From NCBI GenBank assembly GCA_030765125.1, contig JAVCDD010000176.1:220-64219 (forward strand): a stretch of 64,000 bases of DNA. The letters are read 5' to 3'. The notes beneath the pieces are model-generated. The model did not search any database and was not told the DNA's origin. It worked only from the letters and a program-made list of their open reading frames with translations. Within the stretch, counting starts at the first letter, position 1; each line of letters opens with the position of its first letter. The stretch is from Candidatus Hatepunaea meridiana. Lineage in GTDB: Bacteria; Electryoneota; AABM5-125-24; Hatepunaeales; Hatepunaeaceae. The position numbers and the translations under genes were made by a program. Positions 1-10,026 of this stretch are shown here, piece by piece.

Positions 1-132
1 CGCCTCCGGTTTATTCGGGTTAGGATAATATACCTATTTTGTCCTATGTACTTGGAAAACCTCTGGTTATTAATTAAATTAGTATACAGTCCTCAGATCT
101 CCAATGACAATACTAAAATATTGAGGTTCACG

Positions 133-2772
133 ATGAAAAGAACAAAATACAAAATTACTATCTGCATTTTGATTATCGCCCTTGCACTCCTTTCTCAACC
201 TGCATACGCTGAGATAATCAATGTCCCCGACGACTTCGAGAGCATCCAGGGAGCCATCGACGAGTCGGAGGACGGTGATACTGTGCTGGTTCAGCCAGGG
301 GAGTATGTTGAGAATATTAACTTCGAAGGCAAGGCAATCACTGTCGCCAGTTTGATACTCACCACAGGTAACGAAGCCTACATCGACTCGACTATCATCA
401 ACGGTGATGAAGAGAGTAGCGTGGTTCGATTCGATCATGAGGAGGATGAAAATTCCATACTCACCGGATTTACACTTACCAATGGAAGCGGATCACCTGA
501 TATTGATAATCAAATTTGTGGTGGAGGCATACACTGCCGCAGTTCCTCACCTATGTTGACACATTTGAAAATCTGTGGTAACTCAGCTATGTTCGGTGGA
601 GGAATATTCCTTCAGATTTCTTCACCGACTATTGAATATGCGGAAATATATGATAATACGGTGACACTGAGTGGTGGTGGAGTCTATTTCTCACGAGAAG
701 GTGCCGATCCGATTGTAAGAAGATCGGTGATCTATGGAAACTCAGCGAGAGATTATGGAGGTGGAATAGGGTGTTGGAATGGCGCTCAACCGGTTCTCAT
801 CAACATCACAGTCGTCTTCAATGAAGCTAACCGAGGGGGTGGTGGAATGGCTACAAATAGTCATACGACTGATAATTATGTGACACTCATTAATTCAATT
901 GTTAGAGGTAACGAACCTACGCAAATCCATATCCGATCTTTAAGCGGCGATAGAGATACTTTGGCAGTTTCCTTTTCAGATATTGAAGAAGGACGTGATG
1001 GAATTCTTCTTGGCGGACGATCGCGTCTTATCTGGGGAGAAGGCAACATAGATGAGAATCCTGAATTCATTAATACGGACGAAAATGATTATCACCTTAC
1101 GGCTGAGAGTCCGTGCATTAATGCAGGTAACCCGGATTCACCGGAGGATCCGAATGGATCGCGTGCGGAAATCGGCGCTTACTATTTTGAAGGAGGAGTG
1201 TTGCTGGGATATGTCTTCGATGCTGCTGACAGCGCTGCTATTGAAGGCGCTTCAGTATCTACTTCAATCGGATACTCCACAGAAACAGATGATCGTGGAT
1301 TCTGGCAAATGGCAATTCATATAGCTGAGTTCGATATTACGGCACATAGACAGGGATATCTTGATTCAACATTTAATGATCTGAATATTGAACCCTCTGA
1401 CACTTCAGAGATCAATTTCTTCCTTCTTCATCCCGAATTCACACCTTCAGAAGACAGCTTGATCTGTGAGTTAGAAGCGGGTGATTCGTCTCTTTCTGGC
1501 TTTTCTATCCACAATGCAGGTAACGGCATACTAACCTGGCAAGCAAGAAAGCGACTCGTGGGTGAATTGGCTGTCGATCCTTGGAAATTTCTTCAATCGT
1601 TTGATACGGGTGATGAGGTCGGAGATGACCGTCTTGAAGGTGTAGTTTTCATTGATGATAGATTTTATGTGTCCGGATCAAACATGACTAATCGTGCGGA
1701 CAGCGCTAATATGATTTATATACTTGATAGAGATGGAAATCTGTTAGACCGTTATGAACAATTAGGTGAGAGTAATTTTGGTATGCGTCACCTTACATGG
1801 GATGGAGAACTGATCTGGGGGTCGGTAGGTCAAACTGTCTATGGATTCACCATCGGTGGAGATAGAGTTTACTCTTTCGAGGGTCCCTACAATCGCAATG
1901 ATTGTTTAACCTGGGACTCAGATCATGAAGTGCTGTGGCTTACTCGAAGTAATAGTGAGATAATCAGAGCTTATGATCGGGAAGGAAATGAAAGAGAAGA
2001 CCTTGCTGTTGAACATCAACCTTTAAGTATTTCCGGAATTGTTTATTACCCTGAAGATACCGATGGTTATAATCTGTATATCCTTAAAAGGAACGATGAA
2101 AGAGCGCAGGTGATCTTGAAGATGAATCCCACAAACGGGGACACCATGTTTGTAGCATTACTGTATCCAGAAGGCGGTGACATTCCGGGTGGAGCATTTA
2201 TGACCAATCACTATGATATGAGATGCTGGGTTTATATGAATATCGCCAAAGATGGGAGTAATGACCGTATCGATATCTGGCAGGTTGAAGGCAATACCTC
2301 CTGGATGAGGCTGGAACCGAATATGGGCGAAATCGAAGTGGAGGCATCACAGGATATGAGTCTTTCAATCTTCACGGAAGGATTGACCATTGATTTTTGG
2401 GAAGCGGAACTTGTTTTTAATCATAACTCTGCAAGCGGTGAGACAATTCTGCCGGTTACCTTGACGATCAGACCAGATGCAGTCGACCCTTGTGAGGAAA
2501 TCATCCCCGTTGAATTCGGTATTACAGGGATCTATCCCAATCCATTCAATTCAACGACCAGGATAACCTTCAGTGTGTCACCTTCGTTACATGTGTCTCT
2601 GTCGCTCTACGATCTGACAGGACGCGAGCTTGTAACTCTGATTGATGAAGATTTACAAGCAGGTGTTTACAATACCGGTCTTAACGCAACGAACCTGCCG
2701 TCAGGATTGTACTTTGTGAGATTGGAGGCATCTGCGCAGGTGTTATCAAGGAAATTAATACTGATAAAATAG
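133..2772 (+). CDS. Secreted protein: beta-helix (DUF1565-like N-terminus), carboxypeptidase-regulatory-like domain, probable beta-propeller, C-terminal T9SS type A/FlgD-like sorting domain
   Basis: Signal peptide MKRTKYK..AYA-E (ATG at 133 after GAGG preferred over ORF start 46); IINVPDDF..IQ.AID motif; GGGI/NSA repeats; ends YPNPFNSTT..SGLYFVRL..KLILIK. Confidence 0.8.
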   Translation: MKRTKYKITICILIIALALLSQPAYAEIINVPDDFESIQGAIDESEDGDTVLVQPGEYVENINFEGKAITVASLILTTGNEAYIDSTIINGDEESSVVRFDHEEDENSILTGFTLTNGSGSPDIDNQICGGGIHCRSSSPMLTHLKICGNSAMFGGGIFLQISSPTIEYAEIYDNTVTLSGGGVYFSREGADPIVRRSVIYGNSARDYGGGIGCWNGAQPVLINITVVFNEANRGGGGMATNSHTTDNYVTLINSIVRGNEPTQIHIRSLSGDRDTLAVSFSDIEEGRDGILLGGRSRLIWGEGNIDENPEFINTDENDYHLTAESPCINAGNPDSPEDPNGSRAEIGAYYFEGGVLLGYVFDAADSAAIEGASVSTSIGYSTETDDRGFWQMAIHIAEFDITAHRQGYLDSTFNDLNIEPSDTSEINFFLLHPEFTPSEDSLICELEAGDSSLSGFSIHNAGNGILTWQARKRLVGELAVDPWKFLQSFDTGDEVGDDRLEGVVFIDDRFYVSGSNMTNRADSANMIYILDRDGNLLDRYEQLGESNFGMRHLTWDGELIWGSVGQTVYGFTIGGDRVYSFEGPYNRNDCLTWDSDHEVLWLTRSNSEIIRAYDREGNEREDLAVEHQPLSISGIVYYPEDTDGYNLYILKRNDERAQVILKMNPTNGDTMFVALLYPEGGDIPGGAFMTNHYDMRCWVYMNIAKDGSNDRIDIWQVEGNTSWMRLEPNMGEIEVEASQDMSLSIFTEGLTIDFWEAELVFNHNSASGETILPVTLTIRPDAVDPCEEIIPVEFGITGIYPNPFNSTTRITFSVSPSLHVSLSLYDLTGRELVTLIDEDLQAGVYNTGLNATNLPSGLYFVRLEASAQVLSRKLILIK

Positions 2773-2783
2773 TGAGGTTCACA

Positions 2784-4409
2784 ATGGGAAGAACAAAGTT
2801 CCGAATCATTATCGGCATTCTGACTCTCGCTTTCTCACTTCTTTTTCCGTTAGTATATGGCGAAATAATCAACGTCCCTGACGACTTTGAGACCATCCAG
2901 GATGCAATAGATGAATCAGAGAACAGAGATACCGTACTCGTTCGACCGGGTACGTATGTCGAGAATATCGATTTTAATGGAAAAAATATTACTGTCGGGA
3001 GTTTATTCCTGACGACTGGAAATGATGCGTATATCGATTCGACTGTGATAGATGGTTCAGATAATTTTAACAGCGTGGTTACATTTGCCGACGGAGAAAG
3101 CAATGAAACGCTGCTTATCGGGTTTACGATCCGGTACGGTTCCGGGAATGCGAGACAGAATTACGAAATAATACATGGCGGAGGTATATACTGCCATCAG
3201 TCCGACCCGGTAATTAGTTACTGCAAGGTAGTTGATAACACTATCAGTGATGCTCTGTTTTCCGGAAATGGAGGAGGGATATACTGCTTCCAATCCAGCG
3301 CTGTCATTGAAAATTGTACTATTGCGGGAAACTCTGCATGTGACGGCGGTGGAATTGCTATCCTTTTCTCTAATGTGACTGTTAGATCCTGCATCATACT
3401 TAACAATGAAGCACAAGACGAATATGGCGGCGGCATTTTCACCGCCTTCTCCGATTCTGTGATAATAACGGATTGCAACATTATTGGTAACTCTTCAGGT
3501 TGGTTTGGCGGTGGAGTCGCTGCCTTTAATACTCAGACATCAATCGTCGAATGCGAGATCAGGGACAATCAAGCGGAGAGTTACGGCGGCGGAATGTTTC
3601 TGGCAGATTCCGGAGAAATTACAAGCTGCATAATCACTGGAAATTCATCACTAAACGGCGGTGGGATTGCATTCGGTAGGGCGAGGTTTTTATTAAGCAG
3701 CAACACAATCGCCGGTAATACAGCAGATAGCTTGGGTGGAGGTTTATACATCTCAGCCGGTTCCTCCGTTGTACTTATAAACTCAATTTTATGGAACGAC
3801 CGTCCGCAGGAGGTGTTTTTTGCACCTGAATACGATCCCTGTGAAATTATTATTGCTTACACCGATGTTGCCGGTGGAATTGATGAAATCGAGACTAACG
3901 ACAATGGTGAGGTCATGTGGCTTGATAGTAATATTAATGCCGATCCAATGTTTATCCACCCGGAAAACAGCGATTACCGTCTTTCCTTCAGATCTCCTTG
4001 TATTGATTCGGGAACAGAGCTTTTCGTCTGGGAGGATGATACTCTTGTAACAATACTCGGCGATGATTTCCTCGGCGAAGCGCCCGATATGGGCAGAATC
4101 GAATTCGGATTAGATGCCATTGAAACCGAAAAGATAAACCAGCCTGAAAGCTTCATTATGCTCGAGTGTTATCCCAATCCGTTTAACTCTACAACTACAA
4201 TAACTTATTCATTGCCAACGATTTCAGATGTAACTTTGAAGGTCTATAACCTGCTTGGGCGGGAGGAATCAATCCTTAACGCAAGTCACCTTCCACCTGG
4301 AACGCACAATGCGATTTTCAGCGGTGAGAATCTGCCATCGGGGTTGTACTTCGTACAATTGGAGGCTTCCGGGCTGGTGTTATCAAGGAAATTAATACTG
4401 ATAAAATAG
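2784..4409 (+). CDS. Secreted right-handed beta-helix protein with C-terminal sorting domain
   Basis: Paralogous N-terminus, many GGG(I/M/V) repeats, YPNPFNSTT C-terminal domain; ATG at 2784 after GAGG. Confidence 0.8.
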   Translation: MGRTKFRIIIGILTLAFSLLFPLVYGEIINVPDDFETIQDAIDESENRDTVLVRPGTYVENIDFNGKNITVGSLFLTTGNDAYIDSTVIDGSDNFNSVVTFADGESNETLLIGFTIRYGSGNARQNYEIIHGGGIYCHQSDPVISYCKVVDNTISDALFSGNGGGIYCFQSSAVIENCTIAGNSACDGGGIAILFSNVTVRSCIILNNEAQDEYGGGIFTAFSDSVIITDCNIIGNSSGWFGGGVAAFNTQTSIVECEIRDNQAESYGGGMFLADSGEITSCIITGNSSLNGGGIAFGRARFLLSSNTIAGNTADSLGGGLYISAGSSVVLINSILWNDRPQEVFFAPEYDPCEIIIAYTDVAGGIDEIETNDNGEVMWLDSNINADPMFIHPENSDYRLSFRSPCIDSGTELFVWEDDTLVTILGDDFLGEAPDMGRIEFGLDAIETEKINQPESFIMLECYPNPFNSTTTITYSLPTISDVTLKVYNLLGREESILNASHLPPGTHNAIFSGENLPSGLYFVQLEASGLVLSRKLILIK

Positions 4410-4420
4410 TGAGGTTCACA

Positions 4421-5854
4421 ATGGAAAGAACAAAGAACAGAATTACCATCAGCGTGCTGATTATCACCCTTGCACTTCTTTCTCTACCTGCATACGCTGA
4501 AATTATCAATGTTCCCGATGATTTTGAGACCATCCATGGTGCAATCTGGGAATCTGAAGATGGAGACACAGTGCTTGTTCAACCGGGGGAGTATGTTGAA
4601 AACATCGCCTATCATGGCAAGGATATCGTTGTCGGAAGCCTCATGCTGACCACCGGAAATGAGGTTTATATAGATTCAACAATTATTGACGGCAATCGAC
4701 GCGGCAGTGTTGTGGCGTTTCTTGGAAGAGTAACTGCAGATGCAAAGCTGATCGGATTCACGATTCGGAACGGCATCGGTACGAACTTAAATGGAAAATT
4801 CACGGGTGGGGGAATATTGATAATCCAATCTGATGTAGTGATAGAACATTGCAGGATACGCGATAATCATGTAGTTACAGATTTTGGTATTTCTTCATTC
4901 GGTGGTGGTATCGCATGCTATGGTTTAGCCAATCCGACAATCAGGAACTGTGAAATCTATACGAACAGCAGTGATGGATTTGGAGGCGGAATATCAATAG
5001 AACTCATATGCAATCCGACGATCGAGAGAGTTATCATCAGGGATAACTCTGCCGTCGGCGGCGGTGGTATCATTATTTTTAACGATTGCGACGTGACGAT
5101 CAGTCACAGTGTAATTTCTGACAATATTGCCGGAGACTTTGGTGGCGGAATTTTTATGGAACGCACCTCGCAAGTTGACCTCCTGAATGTAACCGTTGGC
5201 GGAAACTCCTGCGGTAGCGTCGGAGGTGGCGTATTATTAAATGCTAATGTGCAGTTTAATGCCGTGAACTCAATATTCTGGGATAATAACCGGGAGGAGT
5301 TAAGTCTCTGGAGCGGATGCTCTGTCTCGGTATCGTACTGCGACATTGAGGACGGCGAAGAGGGAATTGTCACCAATAACAGTGAAGTCGATTGGGGCGA
5401 AGGCAACATCGACGAAGCTCCGCTGTTCATCGATTCTGAGAATGGCAACTATCATCTGACCGGGGATTCACCATGCATCAACACCGGTGATCCGGATTCG
5501 GAGGACGATCCCGACGGCTCGAGAGCGGATATGGGTGCGTTCTACTTTGATCTTAATGAAATCAAGGTTAGCGATGATGATATTCTACCTTGTGTTATTT
5601 ATTTATCATCTCCTTACCCTAATCCATTCAACTCGACTACAACGATCGGGTACAGATTGCCATATCCGGGTAACGTATCTCTACAGGTGTATAACAAATT
5701 AGGACAGCAGGTAACTTCATTATATGAAGGATATAGGCAAGCGGGCTTTCATAATGTTGTCCTGAACGCCGCCTATTTGCCTTCAGGGTTGTATTTCGTG
5801 CGTCTGAATGCATCCGATCAGGTATTTACGCGGAAGGTGATGCTCATCAGATAA
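4421..5854 (+). CDS. Secreted right-handed beta-helix protein with C-terminal sorting domain
   Basis: Same architecture as the two upstream genes; ATG at 4421. Confidence 0.8.
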   Translation: MERTKNRITISVLIITLALLSLPAYAEIINVPDDFETIHGAIWESEDGDTVLVQPGEYVENIAYHGKDIVVGSLMLTTGNEVYIDSTIIDGNRRGSVVAFLGRVTADAKLIGFTIRNGIGTNLNGKFTGGGILIIQSDVVIEHCRIRDNHVVTDFGISSFGGGIACYGLANPTIRNCEIYTNSSDGFGGGISIELICNPTIERVIIRDNSAVGGGGIIIFNDCDVTISHSVISDNIAGDFGGGIFMERTSQVDLLNVTVGGNSCGSVGGGVLLNANVQFNAVNSIFWDNNREELSLWSGCSVSVSYCDIEDGEEGIVTNNSEVDWGEGNIDEAPLFIDSENGNYHLTGDSPCINTGDPDSEDDPDGSRADMGAFYFDLNEIKVSDDDILPCVIYLSSPYPNPFNSTTTIGYRLPYPGNVSLQVYNKLGQQVTSLYEGYRQAGFHNVVLNAAYLPSGLYFVRLNASDQVFTRKVMLIR

Positions 5855-5867
5855 AGGAGAAGGAACA

Positions 5868-5960
5868 ATGCCCTTTGTGTCGCAGGTGTCGTTGCGACTG
5901 TTTGACATTGCTGGACGTATGGTGGCGACGCTGTTTGAGGATCACCAACACCTCGGCACC
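5868..5960 (+). pseudogene. Remnant of a C-terminal sorting domain
   Basis: PFVSQVSLRLFDIAGRMVATLFEDHQ resembles the CTD core of neighbours (HVSLSLYDLTGRELVTLIDED), then runs into octamer repeats. Confidence 0.55.
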
Positions 5961-6047
5961 ACGACACCCGGACATATACAAAGACACATGAACCGCTTTT
6001 TATACTTTCATACTTTCGCACTTTCGCACTTTCACACTAATTACCAC

Positions 6048-6076
6048 TTGCGTTAAGCCTGCCTGAGGATTATATT
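6048..6076 (+). promoter_or_regulatory. Putative sigma70 promoter of etfBA
   Basis: TTGCGT-17 nt-TATATT. Confidence 0.5.
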
Positions 6077-6081
6077 CTCTG

Positions 6082-6109
6082 TTGCGTCAGATGTTAATAT
6101 CTGACGCAA
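6082..6109. promoter_or_regulatory. Perfect 11-bp inverted repeat at the predicted etfB transcription start (operator or 5' hairpin)
   Basis: TTGCGTCAGAT-gttaat-ATCTGACGCAA. Confidence 0.4.
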
Positions 6110-6146
6110 TATTGTTTATCAATACGTTTATCTAAAGGAAAATATT

Positions 6147-6893
6147 ATGAACATTGCTGTTCTTGTCAAGCTTGTTCCTGATACGGAAGCAAGCTTGAAA
6201 ATAGGTGAAGATCATAAATCTATATCAACCGCTGATCTCAACTTCGTGCTGAATCCTTTCGACGAGTATGCCGTCGAAGAAGCGTTAGTGCAGAAGGCGA
6301 AGCACGGTGGGACGGTTACTATTATATCTTTGGGGGGTGATGAAGCTGTTAAAGCGCTTAGAACCAGCCTTGCGATGGGGGCAGATAGCGCCGTTCATCT
6401 GAAAATCACCGGTGGGCTCGATATGCTCGGCGTGGCGAAATCATTGGCTGCCTTTCTCAAGGATAAAAACTATGATTTGATATTCGCCGGTAAGCAGGCG
6501 ATGGATGACGATTGTGCTGCCACCGGTGCTATGGTAGCGACAATACTCGATATCCCCCACGTTTCCACGGTCACCAAGTTAGAAGTCGAAGGAAATAAAC
6601 TCACCGCTGAGCGTGAATTTGAGACCGGCGTCGAGGTTTTTGAAGCGCCGCTGCCGGCTCTGATTACCGCCCAGAAAGGACTTAATGAGCCGCGCTATGC
6701 CTCTTTGAAAGGTATAATGATGGCGAAGAGAAAGAAAATCGAGACGATTGAAGTAGAACCCATTACAGCGAAAACCGAAGTTATCCAATTGACTTACCCA
6801 CCGATCAGACCACCCGGAAAGATCGTAGGCAAGGGTGCTGAAGCCGTCCCGGAACTCGTTAGGCTGCTGAAAGAAGAAGCAAAGGTATTGTAA
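6147..6893 (+). CDS. etfB: Electron transfer flavoprotein beta subunit
   Basis: VKLVPD, NPFDEYAVEEAL, AGKQAMD, NEPRY motifs. Confidence 0.95.
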   Translation: MNIAVLVKLVPDTEASLKIGEDHKSISTADLNFVLNPFDEYAVEEALVQKAKHGGTVTIISLGGDEAVKALRTSLAMGADSAVHLKITGGLDMLGVAKSLAAFLKDKNYDLIFAGKQAMDDDCAATGAMVATILDIPHVSTVTKLEVEGNKLTAEREFETGVEVFEAPLPALITAQKGLNEPRYASLKGIMMAKRKKIETIEVEPITAKTEVIQLTYPPIRPPGKIVGKGAEAVPELVRLLKEEAKVL

Positions 6894-6958
6894 AAAAAGT
6901 GTCGTGGTGTCGTAGTGTTGGAGTACCGACACCACGACACTTAAAAAAAGGATTATAA

Positions 6959-7921
6959 ATGGACATTTTAGTATACGTTGAAACACGTGACAATCAAATT
7001 AAACCAGCGGGGCTGGAAGCTATCAGCGGTGCCAGGAAGTTAGCCGACGTCGGTGGGGGAAAATTGACGGCGTTGCTGATTGGAACCTCGCTAAGTGAGT
7101 TGACAGGCGAGGTGGAAAAGTATGGTGTAGACCGTATTCTTCTCGCTGAATATCCCGAATTTGCAGGATATACGCCAGAAGGTTATCGTGAAGCCATCAT
7201 TGCTGCGGTCGAGGAAACAGACGCAAAAGTAGTTGTAATGACTGCCACCTCACTTGGTCGGGACCTGGCGCCTGTTGCAGCGGCTAAACTCGATGCATCG
7301 CTGCTGCCGGATTGCACGTCTATTGAATACATCGAAGGCAAGATCTCCGTAACTCGACCGGTTTACGCCGGCAAGTGCATAATAACACTTACCGCAAATT
7401 CATCACCTTTAGTACTCAGCCTTCGCCCAAAAGCTTTCCTTGTTTCCGAACGGAATGGCAAAGAAGCCGAAGTCAGCAAACTGGATGTTTCGCTCGAAGG
7501 CAAGATCCGCGCTCGGTTAGTTGAAACCCGCTCTGAAGCCGGTGGTAAGTTGGATGTAACCGAAGCCGATATTATCGTTGCCGGTGGCAGGGGAATGAAG
7601 GCGAAAGAGAATTTCAAACTGATCGAGGACCTGGCGGATGAACTCGGAGGCGCCGTAGGCGCATCCCGTGCGGTTGTTGACAACGACTGGCGTCCGCATT
7701 CCGAGCAGGTGGGACAAACCGGAAAGGTTGTCGCCCCGACATTGTATATAGCTGCCGGAATCTCAGGCGCTATCCAGCATCTGGCAGGTATGAGGTCTTC
7801 CAAGGTTATCGTTGCCATAAACAAAGATGCAGATGCTACTGTCTTCAAGTCGGCGGATTATGGTATTGTCGGTGATGCAATGGAAGTGTTGCCTGCTTTG
7901 CTTGAAGCGGTTAAAGAATAA
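6959..7921 (+). CDS. etfA: Electron transfer flavoprotein alpha subunit
   Basis: GASRAVVD, QVGQTGK, GISGAIQHLAGM, AINKD motifs. Confidence 0.95.
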   Translation: MDILVYVETRDNQIKPAGLEAISGARKLADVGGGKLTALLIGTSLSELTGEVEKYGVDRILLAEYPEFAGYTPEGYREAIIAAVEETDAKVVVMTATSLGRDLAPVAAAKLDASLLPDCTSIEYIEGKISVTRPVYAGKCIITLTANSSPLVLSLRPKAFLVSERNGKEAEVSKLDVSLEGKIRARLVETRSEAGGKLDVTEADIIVAGGRGMKAKENFKLIEDLADELGGAVGASRAVVDNDWRPHSEQVGQTGKVVAPTLYIAAGISGAIQHLAGMRSSKVIVAINKDADATVFKSADYGIVGDAMEVLPALLEAVKE

Positions 7922-7991
7922 CGTATCTGGCTTTGGGCTTTAGGGATTGCGTTCCCGTACAGTCTGCAAAGCCAAAAACTAAAAGCCTACT

Positions 7992-8813
7992 ATGCCCAAT
8001 AATTCGCTTCATATATGGAGCGCGGTTGTACTGATTTTACTTCTCATATTTACACCATTTACATCCCAAGCCCTTACTGGTGAATCGTTACAAACGAATC
8101 AGACTGAGTTGCGTCAGGAGTTATCACCTGACACAACTATAACTAAAACAGTTGAGATCGTTAAACGTGTGACTGAATTATATGAAGCAGGGAATATTAC
8201 CGAAGCTGAGAATTTTGGTATGAAAGCCCTTGAGGATCCGGAGGGTTTATCCCGCCTGGATCGCTCTAATCTGTACAAAGTACTCGCTTTCTGCGCCATT
8301 GCGAATGAGGACGATGAAGGTAGTATTCGCCGTTTTGTTGAAGCGTTAAATCTGAACCCCTTAATAACACCCAATCAGATAACCTGGTCTCCCAAGATTC
8401 GACGCGTTTTCGCGCTTGCAAGGGACGTATATGAAACCCAGCAAAGGAAGGATAAGCTCTCAAGACGAATGCAGATTGCGGATATCTGCCGTATCTCTTC
8501 ACGTAAGTCATTATATTTTCCTGGCTCAGGGCAGTATTATAAAGAACATAAAGTAAAAGGATTGATCATCGGCGCTATTTTCTGGGCAGCAGCAGGAACA
8601 CATACCTATTCTCAAATCTCCATCCCATCTACTCGCAACCACTATTTAAAATCAAACAACCGAGTGGAAGCGATAGACCGTTGGAAGGACTATCAGGATG
8701 TCTATCAAGTAGCTTACGTCTCAGGCGCTATCGCTATATCAGCTTATGCATACGCCTTTTTTGACGCTCTTTGGGCAGACCCTGCCGAGGAGAAGTTAAA
8801 ACAGAAACAATAG
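7992..8813 (+). CDS. Exported/membrane protein with TPR-like N-terminal half and DUF5683-like C-terminal half
   Basis: Signal peptide, helical repeat region, SLYFPGSGQYY followed by hydrophobic segments. Confidence 0.55.
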   Translation: MPNNSLHIWSAVVLILLLIFTPFTSQALTGESLQTNQTELRQELSPDTTITKTVEIVKRVTELYEAGNITEAENFGMKALEDPEGLSRLDRSNLYKVLAFCAIANEDDEGSIRRFVEALNLNPLITPNQITWSPKIRRVFALARDVYETQQRKDKLSRRMQIADICRISSRKSLYFPGSGQYYKEHKVKGLIIGAIFWAAAGTHTYSQISIPSTRNHYLKSNNRVEAIDRWKDYQDVYQVAYVSGAIAISAYAYAFFDALWADPAEEKLKQKQ

Positions 8814-8820
8814 GAGATAA

Positions 8821-8908
8821 AAAAGTTCAGAGTGCGCGCTTCAGTGCGTATAGTCTTTATAATGAGGGATAAAGCTAACACGCGCTGAAGCGCGCACACT
8901 GAACTTTT
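8821..8908. repeat. REP doublet, family A (AGAGTGCGCGCTTCAGCGCGT ... inverse)
   Basis: Inverted pair; homologous copies at 13171, 19186, 30585 and variants at 40501, 57745, 61370. Confidence 0.8.
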
Positions 8909-8953
8909 TTAAAGGGAATTTACACTTTTTTACACAAGTTATATAGGAAATCC

Positions 8954-8982
8954 TTGACTTACAAATAATAGAATAATAGATT
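8954..8982 (+). promoter_or_regulatory. Putative sigma70 promoter of the redox operon
   Basis: TTGACT-17 nt-TAGATT. Confidence 0.4.
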
Positions 8983-9112
8983 CTAACGTCGAATTTGATT
9001 AGGGATTTTGTTTTATGAAATCCCTGTTTTGAATATACAATTAAGTATTTGATTAACAAGAGAAACGCCACGTTTTGCGAGGAAATCACTACCCAAAAGG
9101 AAGACAAAATAA

Positions 9113-9961
9113 ATGAATCCAACCGATATACAAGATATAGTAGAAAAATCAAAACAAACCCGCGGCGGTCTTATCGGAATGCTTCAGGATATACAAGCGC
9201 GCTACAGCTATCTTCCTGAAGAAGCATTATCTTATATTTCCGAGCATACAAACCGCTCACTGGTTGACATCTACGGTGTCGCAACGTTTTATAAATCCTT
9301 CAGCCTGACGCCACGCGGTAAACATCTCTGTTCCGTATGCCTGGGAACCGCATGTCATGTGCGTGGAGCGCCTATGATCGCTGAAGAATTTGAGCGGCAA
9401 CTGGGCATCAAAGCAGGTCAGACTACAAAGGATAAAGAATTTACCTTAGAGACCGTAAATTGTCTGGGAGCATGTGCGCTTGGACCGATTGTCGTCGTTG
9501 ATGGTCAGTATTTCTCCAACGTTAAAACTTCTAAAGTCAAGCAAATATTAAGCGAGACACGCGAAGGACTTGACAAGGTCGAAGTAAAAACAGACGAGAG
9601 AATATTTCCGGTTACGGTCAGTTGTGCGAGATGCAACCATAGTTTAATGGATACCGGATACCTGATAGATGATAATCCATCCATAAGAGTTACTGTATCA
9701 TTCGAGCGTAAGCACGGTTGGCTCAGGTTATCCAGCCTTTACGGCAGCTATAGTGTTGAAGCCGAATATGAAATACCACTAAACGAAGTATTGGATTTCT
9801 TCTGCCCTCATTGTCACTCAGAACTAAGTGGAGCTTCCGAGTGCGCTGAATGCGGCGCGCCTATGGTGCCGATGATTGTGCGTGGTGGGGGGATTGTGCA
9901 GATATGTTCACGCCGTGGATGTAAAGGACACTTACTTAACCTTGGCGGCGCAAACATTTAA
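9113..9961 (+). CDS. NuoE/HydC-like 2Fe-2S subunit with an extra Cys-rich C-terminal domain
   Basis: VATFY, CLGTACHVRG, CLGACALGP; extension with CARC, CPHC, CAEC, CSRRGC. Confidence 0.85.
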   Translation: MNPTDIQDIVEKSKQTRGGLIGMLQDIQARYSYLPEEALSYISEHTNRSLVDIYGVATFYKSFSLTPRGKHLCSVCLGTACHVRGAPMIAEEFERQLGIKAGQTTKDKEFTLETVNCLGACALGPIVVVDGQYFSNVKTSKVKQILSETREGLDKVEVKTDERIFPVTVSCARCNHSLMDTGYLIDDNPSIRVTVSFERKHGWLRLSSLYGSYSVEAEYEIPLNEVLDFFCPHCHSELSGASECAECGAPMVPMIVRGGGIVQICSRRGCKGHLLNLGGANI

Positions 9962-10026
9962 CAAGTACAAAACCTACAAAAATCACCAATAAATACCAAC
10001 CTAAAAAATTATCCTGGAAAACTTTA

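Noticed and set aside
133-5854. Diversity-generating retroelement acting on the paralogous secreted genes
   Set aside because: No reverse transcriptase and no repeat pair differing mainly at adenines was seen.
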